Translations under genes and position numbers: made by a program | Shown: positions 19,041 through 28,479 of the stretch, piece by piece | How positions within the stretch are numbered: the first letter of the stretch is position 1 | How the letters are laid out: every line of letters starts with the position of its first letter | The notes under the pieces: model-generated | The model's input: only the letters and a program-made list of their open reading frames with translations | Told to the model about the DNA's origin: nothing | The model's database searches: none | DNA from: Deltaproteobacteria bacterium | GTDB lineage: Bacteria; Desulfobacterota; Syntrophia; Syntrophales; JAFGIO01 | Assembly (NCBI GenBank): GCA_016929555.1 | Contig: JAFGIO010000211.1 | Coordinates: 1 to 48,785 of the forward strand | Direction: 5' to 3' | DNA: 48,785 nt

Positions 19041-19203
19041 GAATTGATTAGTGGATTGGATTGATTCGATTCTTCGATCTCGGTTCCCGCCGCATTCCAC
19101 GTCGATCGGTCGTTGCTATCTTGCAGTTTGTGCTAGAATCCTGTATCAGAGTGGTCATGACATCCGTGAAGGGCATAGAGGCGTTCTATCGTAAAAGGAT
19201 ACC

Positions 19204-20931
19204 ATGAAGATTCCGGACAAGAAGCTGGAGGCATCCATCATCAAGCACGGTCTCGTCACCGCGCAGCAACTGGAGCAGGCGCGGGTTGAAATCAACCGGG
19301 CCGGCAAGAATGGTCCGTCCTTGCAAACCGTTCTTCTCAACCTGGGCATCCTGACCGAGGATGTCCTGTTGCGCATGCAGGCCAAGGAGCTCAATCTTCC
19401 CTATATGGAACTGGATAATCTCTCTCCAGAGCCGGAGATCGTGACGCTGCTTGCTGAAGATCTGTGTCTGGCCAAGGGCCTGATTGTTCTCGATCGGGAT
19501 GACAACGGTCTGCTTGTGGCTATGGAAAATCCTCATGATCACGTAACCCTGGAAGACCTCGGTAAGATCACACGGACGAAGATCAGGCCGGCCCTGGCCT
19601 CACGCGGTGCAATCCTGCGAAAGCTTTCCCAGTACCATGAACATTACAAGGTCAAGGTGGTGGAGAAGCTGCTTGCCGGCGTTAAGGACCAAGGGCTGCA
19701 GTTGACGGAATCCATGGGACTGGATATTCAAAACCTCGACCAAGTGTCCGAACAGGCTCCCATCATCAAAACGGTCAACCTCTTTCTGCTGTCCGCCCTC
19801 ATGAAAAGGGCGAGCGATATCCATCTCGTGCCGGACCGCAAGCTCATGCATGTGAAATACCGAATCGACGGCGTCCTGCAGGAAAGCCAGGCGCTGCCCA
19901 TCAGCATGGCGCCGTCCGTCGTTTCGCGGATCAAGATCATGTGCAAGCTGGACATCGCCGAGAAAAGAAGGCCCCAGGACGGCAGTTTTCACCTGAATAT
20001 CGAGGGACGTGAGATCGATTTCCGGGTGGCCGTGACGCCTACGATCAACGGCGAAAAGGTGGTCATGCGCGTTCTCGACAAAAGCGCCATGATGCTGGGG
20101 CTGGACCACCTGGGCTTCGGCGGCGAAACGCTCCACACCTTCAAGCAACTGATCCACAAGCCCAACGGCATCATTCTCATCGTGGGACCCACGGGCAGCG
20201 GCAAAACCACTACGCTCTACGCGGCGCTTCAGGCCCTCAACACCGGCGACAAGAACATCACCACGGTGGAAGATCCCGTGGAATACGAAATAGAGGGATT
20301 GACCCAAATCCAGGTCCACGGCGAGATCGGTCTCAACTTTGCGACGGTGCTGCGGTCCATCCTGAGGCAGGACCCCGATATTGTCCTTGTGGGGGAGATC
20401 CGCGACCTGGAGACAACGGAAATCGCCATTCGGGCCGCCCTGACGGGCCACCTCGTCTTCGCGACACTCCACACGAACGATGCCGCCGGTGCCGTGGCCC
20501 GGCTCACGGAGATGGGTGCCGAGCCGTATCTCATCGCCAGCAGCCTCCGCTGTGCCATGAGCCAGCGGCTGGTGAGGACCATCTGCCCCAAATGCAAGGT
20601 GGCCTTCGAGCCCTCTGTCGAAATGTGCAGACATCTTCAGAACCATGCGAAACCCCTTGCCGATGAGACAAGGATCTATCGCGGCGAGGGCTGCCGGCAC
20701 TGTTTTCAAACGGGATACCGCGGCCGCACGGTCGTCTCGGAGCTTCTCGTGGTCACGGAGGAGATACGCAGAATGATCATGAGGCGGGCCTCTTCTTCGG
20801 AGATCCAGACAACGGCCCTCGGCGAGGGGATGCAGACGATGTACAGGGACGGTATGCAGAAGGTCCTCCAAGGGGTTACGACCCTGGAAGAGGTCCTGGC
20901 GGTTTGCGAGGATGTCGATATCGGTTGCTGA
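19204..20931 (+). CDS. GspE/PulE/PilB family secretion or pilus assembly ATPase
   Basis: ASDIH, RIDG, GPTGSGKTTTLY, TVEDPVE, LRQDPD, GEIRD, TGHLVFATLHTND, two CxxC. Confidence 0.92.
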   Translation: MKIPDKKLEASIIKHGLVTAQQLEQARVEINRAGKNGPSLQTVLLNLGILTEDVLLRMQAKELNLPYMELDNLSPEPEIVTLLAEDLCLAKGLIVLDRDDNGLLVAMENPHDHVTLEDLGKITRTKIRPALASRGAILRKLSQYHEHYKVKVVEKLLAGVKDQGLQLTESMGLDIQNLDQVSEQAPIIKTVNLFLLSALMKRASDIHLVPDRKLMHVKYRIDGVLQESQALPISMAPSVVSRIKIMCKLDIAEKRRPQDGSFHLNIEGREIDFRVAVTPTINGEKVVMRVLDKSAMMLGLDHLGFGGETLHTFKQLIHKPNGIILIVGPTGSGKTTTLYAALQALNTGDKNITTVEDPVEYEIEGLTQIQVHGEIGLNFATVLRSILRQDPDIVLVGEIRDLETTEIAIRAALTGHLVFATLHTNDAAGAVARLTEMGAEPYLIASSLRCAMSQRLVRTICPKCKVAFEPSVEMCRHLQNHAKPLADETRIYRGEGCRHCFQTGYRGRTVVSELLVVTEEIRRMIMRRASSSEIQTTALGEGMQTMYRDGMQKVLQGVTTLEEVLAVCEDVDIGC

Positions 20932-20955
20932 TTCGTTGTGAGCAACGTCAACCCG

Positions 20956-22857
20956 TCATCGCCACTCCAATCTTGTCAGTTTCATGTCGGGATCACCGGT
21001 CCCGAGCAGATCCTTGTCGATGAAACCCAGGAAAACCACCTGGATCCCGTGCCGGTAATCCGGATCGACCGGCGCACCGAAGGTAATAACCCGACCTTTG
21101 CCTTCCGGCCTGTCCGAAATCACCTCCAGCCATTCCAGACCGACCTTTGCCCGGATCGCATCATAGCGCGGGCCATACCGTTCTCCTCTGCCCCAGGGGG
21201 AGACGTGCAATCTCAGAAAAGCCGGGTCGGAGATGAAAAAAACGGCGAGGGGCTCCACGGTGCCGTTGCGCCAGTTCCATCCTTCGCCGTTGTGTTGGAT
21301 CGCGTGTCGGGCAGGATCGACGCCCTGAAGGTATTTCCGGGGGAGTTCGTAAAAGGGGCGTCCCGTTTTCGCGGCGTTGGAAGCTTCGGCGGCTGTAAAG
21401 GCATTCCTGTTGTGCCGGCTGCTGTAGAAACGATGAACATCGATGGCCAGCAATTCCCCCAAGAACCAAATTCCGAAAACGAAAAACATCAGAAATATCG
21501 CTCTGCCGTTTCTGTGCCGGTCGATCTTGTACTGCGGAACCAGCAATGGGCAGACGAAGAGGCAACCGATACCGGCCACGACGGCCGGAGCGAAATCGAT
21601 AAGATAGCGGGACGTAATGCCTGGGGTCCGGAGGTAGAAGAAGAAGAGGGCCGTGAAAGACAGAAAGGACCAGAGTCCGGTGCAGATGCACAGGGAAAAG
21701 GCCGATGAGGAATGCGACCGGGACTTCCGCCAATGTGTGATGCCTGCGGCTATCGTAAAAAGCCAGCCGAGGGTGAGCAGCATGAAGTAGGTCAGGTCGT
21801 AGGTGGTGAAGTAGAACCCGTGCCAGCGAAAGAGCCTCGACTGCCAGGGAAACAGGTCTCGGAGATACCAGGTTTTTGGCCAATGGTCGGGATGACCGAA
21901 CAGAAAGAGACTCCCGAAAAGATCCCCGGCGGCATCAATGAAAGAGGCGGCCTGGAAGGGATGTCCCATTCTCGTCGAAAACATGGGAATGATTCCCGGA
22001 TGGACATTCAAAGAGTGGCCGAACTCGAGAGGATCGCCGAAGCGGATCTCGTTGGTGAACAGCAGAAGAAGCACCATGGCCAGGGGTATCGAAAAGGCCA
22101 GGACCGATCTCCACCATTTCAGTTTCCAACCCCTGACGATACACCATGCCATGGCAACGGTCACGGCGCCGTAAAATACCGCCGTAGGCCGGATGAAGGG
22201 ACCGATGCCGGCCAGGACGCACAGAAACACGAACAGGGAATAGCTCGGCCTCTCCAGAAGATGAAAGAGGCCCAGCAGCAGGCAAATCGAAAGCAGGTAC
22301 TCGTAGGCGACGGCCTCCTCGTAGACGTTGAACCAGGTGAGGCACAAGGCGACGACGGGAGGAAAGGCAACGAACAGGACAAAGAGGGACACCGTCAGTA
22401 GACGGAGCGGGTGCCATTTCCCGGTCGAGGGGACCCCGGCGTCCCTTTCCAGACGGCTGAAACATCGGACGAGCAGGATCCGGTAGGCGATGAAGACGGC
22501 AACAGCCAGGATGAGGCAGAAGATGAGCCGGTCGGGAAAGGCATCCTGTCCCGGAACGGTCCGGGCGACGAGGTAAAAGGGAAGGCGAATTGCCGGAACA
22601 CCGAGCCCCCACACCTGGTGCAGGCCGCCGTCGTACCAGGCGAGATCGTACTGCATGTCGCCCGGACTGTCGGAAAGGGCCAACTCGCCCCGAAGCAATG
22701 CCTTGGTCTGATTAAGGTAATGGGTATAGGGCGAATACCAGTCGCCCAGTACGCCGATGATTCCGGTGATGCTGCAGAAGAGAAAACAAGAGGCCAGGAT
22801 CACGAGGAAGACGTCGCCATTGCTGCGGATATAGGTGTCGGCTCTCTTAAGATTCAA
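20956..22857 (-). CDS. polytopic membrane protein, possible GT-C-type glycosyltransferase
   Basis: Many hydrophobic segments, first-loop DLAWYDGG...WG.G.P, IRP motif; overlaps the stop of the GT2 gene. Confidence 0.55.
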   Translation of the reverse strand: MNLKRADTYIRSNGDVFLVILASCFLFCSITGIIGVLGDWYSPYTHYLNQTKALLRGELALSDSPGDMQYDLAWYDGGLHQVWGLGVPAIRLPFYLVARTVPGQDAFPDRLIFCLILAVAVFIAYRILLVRCFSRLERDAGVPSTGKWHPLRLLTVSLFVLFVAFPPVVALCLTWFNVYEEAVAYEYLLSICLLLGLFHLLERPSYSLFVFLCVLAGIGPFIRPTAVFYGAVTVAMAWCIVRGWKLKWWRSVLAFSIPLAMVLLLLFTNEIRFGDPLEFGHSLNVHPGIIPMFSTRMGHPFQAASFIDAAGDLFGSLFLFGHPDHWPKTWYLRDLFPWQSRLFRWHGFYFTTYDLTYFMLLTLGWLFTIAAGITHWRKSRSHSSSAFSLCICTGLWSFLSFTALFFFYLRTPGITSRYLIDFAPAVVAGIGCLFVCPLLVPQYKIDRHRNGRAIFLMFFVFGIWFLGELLAIDVHRFYSSRHNRNAFTAAEASNAAKTGRPFYELPRKYLQGVDPARHAIQHNGEGWNWRNGTVEPLAVFFISDPAFLRLHVSPWGRGERYGPRYDAIRAKVGLEWLEVISDRPEGKGRVITFGAPVDPDYRHGIQVVFLGFIDKDLLGTGDPDMKLTRLEWR

Positions 22858-23599
22858 GGTAATTGTATTTCAAGATGCAGTGAAGCGCTTCGATACCGTG
22901 CCGGATCCTGATCTTCTTCCCTTCGGCCCGGCTTCTGCCTTGGTAGGATACCGGCACTTCCCTGATTCGTTTCCCGAGTTTCGCCACCTTCGCGGTAAAT
23001 TCCGGGCAGAAGCCGAATCCGTCTTCATCAAGATCGATTTCCCGGAGCAAATCCCGGCGGAACACCTTGTAGCAGGTTGCCTCGTCGGTCAAGTTCAGGC
23101 CCGAGGCCATGTTCGATGCCCAGGTGATGAGGCGGTTTCCCATCCTGTGCCACCAGGGGGAACCGCCCAGCGGGCGGTTCAGAAAACGGGAACCGTAGAC
23201 CACATCAGCATCGCCAGCGACGATGGGGGCGATCAGATGTACGTAATCCGCCGGGTCATATTCGAGATCGGCATCCTGCGGGATGATGATCATCCCTCTA
23301 GCCCGGGAGAAACCGGTCTTGAGGGCCGCCCCCTTGCCCCTGTTTGCCTCGTGTTCCAAAACCTGCACCCGGTCGTCCCGTCCGATCCAGCCCTTGATTA
23401 TTGCGGAAGTCCCATCGGTCGAACTGTCGTCTACGATGATCAGTTCCCCGACTTCAGGTTGGGCCAAAACCTTCGAAATGATGGCGTCGATGGTTCCCTC
23501 TTCATTGAAGACAGGCATGATGACGGAAACGGACGGGTGCGTTCGGTTTGGGAAAGGTCGCTTCTTGGGGGGTGCCCTGCGCATGTTCTTCTGTTTCAA
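22847..23599 (-). CDS. GT2 glycosyltransferase, polyprenol-phosphate (DPM1-like)
   Basis: SVIMPVFNEE, VDDSSTDGT, NRGKGAA, QDADLEYDP, VYGSRF, YQGR; start may be 23584. Confidence 0.9.
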   Translation of the reverse strand: MKQKNMRRAPPKKRPFPNRTHPSVSVIMPVFNEEGTIDAIISKVLAQPEVGELIIVDDSSTDGTSAIIKGWIGRDDRVQVLEHEANRGKGAALKTGFSRARGMIIIPQDADLEYDPADYVHLIAPIVAGDADVVYGSRFLNRPLGGSPWWHRMGNRLITWASNMASGLNLTDEATCYKVFRRDLLREIDLDEDGFGFCPEFTAKVAKLGKRIREVPVSYQGRSRAEGKKIRIRHGIEALHCILKYNYLES

Positions 23600-23616
23600 A
23601 CTCCTTTCGTTTGAAG

Positions 23617-23645
23617 AGTATAGTGGGAGCCGGCCGGCCTGTCAA
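23617..23645 (-). promoter_or_regulatory. sigma70 promoter for the GT2 operon
   Basis: TTGACA-17 bp-TATACT on the minus strand. Confidence 0.65.
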
Positions 23646-23731
23646 CGATGAGCTCTCAAGTTGTCCGGGATTTCTGGCACATCGTCAGCCCGATCTATCG
23701 CTTGAAAGGTTTTGGAAAGGAGAACCGATTC

Positions 23732-24514
23732 TCAAGCCTCCGGTTCGCAGGTTGGCGGGGCCGTTTTCAGGTAACGGATGCCCGTACAGATCAGCACGAC
23801 GGCAAAGATGATCCGAAGACTGTCCTCATCGAAGACCTGCGCCAGAGAACCGCCGAGAAAGGTTCCCAGGAGGATTCCCGGTATGAGACCGGCGAGAAGC
23901 CCCTTTTCGACGTTTCCAAGCTCCCAGTGGGTATAGGCGCCCATGACGCCGGCCGGAACCATGGCGAGGAGAGAACTGCCCTGGGCCGTATGCTGGCTCA
24001 TTCCTGCGAGCAGCACCATGGAAGCGATAAGAATGGCCCCGCCGCCAATCCCCATCAGTCCGGAGATAAAACCGGTGAACAGCCCCGTTGCCAGAAGGAC
24101 GGCGGCCTTATGCCAGCCGTTCAGAACCCAGAGAGGTCCGCTAACATAGGGCTTGGCCAGCATGAGCAGGGAGATCAGTATCAGGAAAATCCCAAAGGCA
24201 TGCCTGAGCTTGCTTTCGGGAAGGCTGTTGCAGTAGCGGGCGCCAGATTGCGCCGTAAAGATTGCGGGCAGTGCGAGCAGACCCGCCGCTGCCATATCCA
24301 CGGAATGATGCAGCATGTACGTCGCCGTGCCCGCCAAGCCCGTGAAGACGAGGGCAACGAGGCTGGTTCCGTGTGCGCCGCTCTGTCTCAGCCTCATGAG
24401 GCCCACCATCAGCGGGACCATGACGACACCGCCTCCGAGCCCGACGAGTCCGCCAAAGGACCCAGCAAGTATGCCGATGAGGAAGCTGATCCATAGTGGG
24501 CTCTTGATCAGCAT
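23732..24514 (-). CDS. TauE/SafE (TSUP) family transporter
   Basis: Duplicated GLVGLGGG...AHGTSL and GLMGIGGG...AQGSSL halves. Confidence 0.9.
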   Translation of the reverse strand: MLIKSPLWISFLIGILAGSFGGLVGLGGGVVMVPLMVGLMRLRQSGAHGTSLVALVFTGLAGTATYMLHHSVDMAAAGLLALPAIFTAQSGARYCNSLPESKLRHAFGIFLILISLLMLAKPYVSGPLWVLNGWHKAAVLLATGLFTGFISGLMGIGGGAILIASMVLLAGMSQHTAQGSSLLAMVPAGVMGAYTHWELGNVEKGLLAGLIPGILLGTFLGGSLAQVFDEDSLRIIFAVVLICTGIRYLKTAPPTCEPEA

Positions 24515-25527
24515 GAGATCCTTTCCACGCCGATGCCCGGCCGGTCGCTGAGCGTTATCTTTCCACCGACGATCTTCATTCCCTCGAAGGGATCATTGTT
24601 GATAAGCAGCGCTCCGTCCAGATCGGCCCAGTCGGCCAGAGGCGATAGATGCGATGCGGCGGATATGGCGCAGGAAGTCTCCGTCATGCAGCCGATCATC
24701 ACCTTCATCCCTACCGCGCGGGCATGGTCGAACATCTTGCGGGCTTCGTTCATGCCGGTGCATTTCATCAGCTTGATGTTGATGCCGCTGTAGACTCCCC
24801 TGACCTTCTCAATGTCGTCAAGCCGCTGCACCGCCTCGTCTCCTATCGTCGGTATGGGACTGTGTTCCGTGAGCCATGCCATATCATCGACCCGTTCTTT
24901 CGGCAAGGGCTGTTCGACGAAAAGAACTCCTTTTTCTTTGAGCCAGTGGATGAACTCCAGGGCAAAGAGCCGATCCGTCCAGCCCCCGTTGACGTCCACG
25001 CAGATCGGTTTGTCGCTCACGGAACGAACGGTTTCGATCATTTCCCGATCGCTGTCCCGCCCCAACTTCACCTTCAGGATCTTGTATTGCTGCGCCTCCA
25101 GCGTGTTCCGCCTGACGATATCGGCCCGGTCGATTCCGATGGTGAACGACGTGTAGGGGGTATCGTTCCGGTCGAGCCCCCAAAGGTCATACCAGGGGCG
25201 ATGTAGGAGTCTTCCGACCAGATCGTGCAGGGCGATGTCCACGGCCGCTTTCGCTGCATGGTTGCCCGGAGCCAGGGCGTCGATATCGGTGAGAATCGCT
25301 GCCAGATCGAAAGGGTTCCCGTAGATCGACAGATCGACTTTCGAGAGGAACGCGGCCGCGCTGTGGTGCGACTCGCCGAGGTAGGGCGGCAGGGCGGCTT
25401 CGCCGTATCCGGTGCGGCCGTCGTGTTCCACTTCGGTGAGCATGACAGGGGTGGCGCTGCGGGAATGCGAGGCGATGGTGAAGGTACGCTTCAGCTCCAA
25501 TGTGTAGGGCCTGAAGCGTAGTTCCAT
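24508..25527 (-). CDS. dipeptide (L-Ala-D/L-Glu) epimerase, enolase superfamily
   Basis: GYGEA, KVKLG, DVNGG, EQP, DE, NIKLMKC, GCMTE, DLDG; start MELRF after GGAGGA. Confidence 0.9.
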   Translation of the reverse strand: MELRFRPYTLELKRTFTIASHSRSATPVMLTEVEHDGRTGYGEAALPPYLGESHHSAAAFLSKVDLSIYGNPFDLAAILTDIDALAPGNHAAKAAVDIALHDLVGRLLHRPWYDLWGLDRNDTPYTSFTIGIDRADIVRRNTLEAQQYKILKVKLGRDSDREMIETVRSVSDKPICVDVNGGWTDRLFALEFIHWLKEKGVLFVEQPLPKERVDDMAWLTEHSPIPTIGDEAVQRLDDIEKVRGVYSGINIKLMKCTGMNEARKMFDHARAVGMKVMIGCMTETSCAISAASHLSPLADWADLDGALLINNDPFEGMKIVGGKITLSDRPGIGVERISC

Positions 25528-25577
25528 CGCGAATTCCTCCTTGACTACCCTGGGAAGGGCGTTTTGAGACCCCGTTT

Positions 25578-27020
25578 CTAGGATCGAGCCTTTCGCTTTA
25601 TCTCGGCGTATCGAGCCAAAGCGAACATGGCCCGGGCGCACTCTTCCGGGGTGTCGTAAACAGGGATTCCAGCCCCCCTGAGGATGTCGATGACCATGTC
25701 ATGGGCAAAGCGGCGGAAGCGGATCGTGATGATGGGCTTGCCGTATTTCGTGGGCAGTGAGGAAAAATAGTCGGCGCCCTCAATGGCCGACTTGGTCATG
25801 TCGAGAAGCGGCTTCGGCATGCCGGCGATGCCGAACATGGCGGCAAAGGCCGCGGGGTTTATCGGGGCGTTCGATATGACACCGTCGATGTAATCGCGGC
25901 TCAGCAGCTTCTCCACGACGGCGGCTTCCTCCATGCTCGAACGAAGGGTTCCCGCGAAATCGACGGGATTCCTGGGTGGCGGCGCATGGGGAGGGATCAC
26001 CTCCTTCAGGCTTTTAACGGTGTCGCCGTCCAGCTCGGGCACTTCGAGTCCCAAAGCGGCACAGGCGTCCGCCGTGACCACGCCCTGGCCGCCGCTTCCC
26101 AAGATGGCCACCCGCCTTCCTCTCGGGATGGGCTGGCATGCAAGGGCCTCGGCCATATCGAAGGAATGAAGGGCTTCCTGGGTCCTGATCAGGCCGGCCT
26201 GGCGGCAGATCGCGTCGAATATCTCGTCGGACCCAGCCAGGGAAGCCGTGTGGGACTGGGTTGCCCTGCTTCCCGGGCCTGTGCGGCCCGCCTTGAAGAT
26301 GATGATGGGTTTTTTCCTGACGATCTCCCTGGCGAGATCGGCGAAACGTGCTCCGTCCTTGAAGCCTTCCATATAGAACACAATGACCCTTGTGTCGTTA
26401 TCGTCGGCGAGGTACTCCAGGTAATCGGCGGCGGTAAGATCCGCCTGATTCCCGATGCTGATGAACTTGCTGAGGCCGTACCCCTTGATTCCGGCAATCT
26501 CGGCAAGAGAGCCACCGAAGGTGCCGCTCTGTGAAACGAAGGCAATGGGTCCGGAAAGAGGTACCTGGTCGAAAGAGAGGTTCAGCATCCCTGCCGCACT
26601 CCATATGCCCATGCCGTTGGGACCCACGAATCGCAGGCCCCCTTCCCGGGCAATCGCGACCACTTCGTCTTCAAGGACCTTGCCGTCGTGCCCCACTTCG
26701 GCAAATCCGGCCGTGATCAGAACTGCGCCCTTGACCCCCTTGCTGACGCACTCCCTTATGACACCGGGAACCTGTGCAGCCGGCACCGTGATAACGGCGA
26801 GATCCACGGAGCCGGGAATATCCAGAACGCTTCGGTAAAAGGGCAGATTGTTGAATTTGTCCTCTCTCGGGTTCACGGGGTATATGGGGCCCCGATAACC
26901 GCAGCGTATGGGACGGTTGATCATTCTGAAGCCCCATTTCGCGGGATTTTTCGATGCCCCGATGACGGCTATCGATTCGGGTTTGAAGATGGGATCCAAT
27001 TGCTCCACGATCGTTTTCAC
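25578..27020 (-). CDS. acyl-CoA synthetase (ADP-forming) alpha-type subunit, CoA-binding protein
   Basis: PESIAVIGAS, YPVNP, GPNGMG, SQSG, SHTASLAG, NPVD; GTG start after AGAGGTG. Confidence 0.85.
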   Translation of the reverse strand: MKTIVEQLDPIFKPESIAVIGASKNPAKWGFRMINRPIRCGYRGPIYPVNPREDKFNNLPFYRSVLDIPGSVDLAVITVPAAQVPGVIRECVSKGVKGAVLITAGFAEVGHDGKVLEDEVVAIAREGGLRFVGPNGMGIWSAAGMLNLSFDQVPLSGPIAFVSQSGTFGGSLAEIAGIKGYGLSKFISIGNQADLTAADYLEYLADDNDTRVIVFYMEGFKDGARFADLAREIVRKKPIIIFKAGRTGPGSRATQSHTASLAGSDEIFDAICRQAGLIRTQEALHSFDMAEALACQPIPRGRRVAILGSGGQGVVTADACAALGLEVPELDGDTVKSLKEVIPPHAPPPRNPVDFAGTLRSSMEEAAVVEKLLSRDYIDGVISNAPINPAAFAAMFGIAGMPKPLLDMTKSAIEGADYFSSLPTKYGKPIITIRFRRFAHDMVIDILRGAGIPVYDTPEECARAMFALARYAEIKRKARS

Positions 27021-27349
27021 GGAAACACCTCTCTGAATGCCTTGCACGCAAGAACTTTTCTTGAATCTGGCGAATCGATCGGGAAAGTCCGCAACGCGTC
27101 GGTGTCGCGGGATATGGCCCCTGGTCTCGCCGTTCGACAAAACAGGTAAACCGGGTCTGCCCCGGCTCGGGATATATAGAAGACAATTCGCCTCAATGTC
27201 AAGGGGAATGGGGAGAGTCGGGATGTGGTGCGCCGAAAAAGGTGGACCATGTATAGGTATAGCGCCAATACGGAGATGTGACGAAAGCGGTATAATACAC
27301 TTATATAATGGATTATATTTGCTAATTTACACTATATCGCATTTTTTTC

Positions 27350-27378
27350 TTGCCATCACGCCCAAAGATTTGTATTAG
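27350..27378 (+). promoter_or_regulatory. putative promoter for the SLT gene
   Basis: TTGCCA-17 bp-TATTAG in an AT-rich tract. Confidence 0.4.
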
Positions 27379-27541
27379 ATATGCCAAAATCATTACGTCA
27401 GGTATGTGAAGTAAACGTCGCCTTCAACCAACCTCCGGTCTCTAAAATCCCGCTAACCTTCCTGACAAAAATCCTGGCATGAAGCGCCGTATTGCGACCG
27501 GACGGAGGAGGGACTTTGAAGGGACGGGAAAGGTGTAAAAT

Positions 27542-28147
27542 ATGGAAACTGCGAAACCCTTGGCACTCATCGGAATAATTGCCGGCATCGTTTGCCTGAC
27601 GAGCCTGCATTTTTCCGCCGAGACGCAAAGTAAACCTTGTTGCGATGTGAACTTGGATGAAAATCGCGCTGTAGAGCTGATCGTGGCTCATCTGGAGGAA
27701 AAGGAAGCCCGCATTCCGCACGAGGAACCGCAAGAGGTGGCGAGAACCATTTACGACGCCTCCCAGCGTTATGACGTCGATTACCGACTCGTGCTGGCCG
27801 TCATGGAGGCCGAGAGCAATTTCCGTCAAGACGTGGTCTCTGATGAGGGGGCCATCGGGATCATGCAGGTCAAAAACATCGTTGCCCGCGAGTTTTCTCA
27901 GGAGGTGGGCATTCCCTACGAACGGCAAGTGCTGCATTGTCCCCATTCCAACATCCGCTTTGGCGTCTATTACCTTTCATGGCTGAGCCATTATTTTGAC
28001 AACGATTACGCCGTCCTTTTTGCTTACAATGTAGGTTTCACCCGTGCCCGTCAGAGCATCCGGAGAAGCAGTGAGCCGAGGACCTGGTATACGAGAAGGG
28101 TCATCGAGGAATACGAGCGGAACTGTTCCCGGCTTCCCACGATTTGA
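27542..28147 (+). CDS. SLT-domain lytic transglycosylase
   Basis: N-terminal signal/anchor; VMEAESNF, GAIGIMQV, AYNVG. Confidence 0.9.
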   Translation: METAKPLALIGIIAGIVCLTSLHFSAETQSKPCCDVNLDENRAVELIVAHLEEKEARIPHEEPQEVARTIYDASQRYDVDYRLVLAVMEAESNFRQDVVSDEGAIGIMQVKNIVAREFSQEVGIPYERQVLHCPHSNIRFGVYYLSWLSHYFDNDYAVLFAYNVGFTRARQSIRRSSEPRTWYTRRVIEEYERNCSRLPTI

Positions 28148-28479
28148 TCCGAGATGCCTGTTTCATCCTGAAATCGGCAGACTATCCGGCCTGGGAAACA
28201 GAAATTTGATGTCCGGGACAGGCGTTCCCTCGAAGGATTTCACGTTGTCGACACCATCGGGCAGCGCCGGAAGGACTCGATGTTGTAGCGCCAGGTGACA
28301 TACCCCGCAGCCCAGGCTAATTCAGCCGTACAAGCCCTGCATACCATAACCCTACCCTATCCAAGCTGGGGCTGCACCGTCCGGTGATCATTGAAAGAAG
28401 ATATTTGCAAAAGCTCTCAAAGAGGTTTAAAGACGATTAACTTGGGCATTGGGCGAGAAAGGCGGAAAGAACGAATCCC

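Noticed and set aside
28308-28376. Imperfect inverted repeat GCAGCCCAG...CTGGGGCTGC upstream of the hydrolase
   Set aside because: Short GC-rich arms with a long loop; plausible by chance
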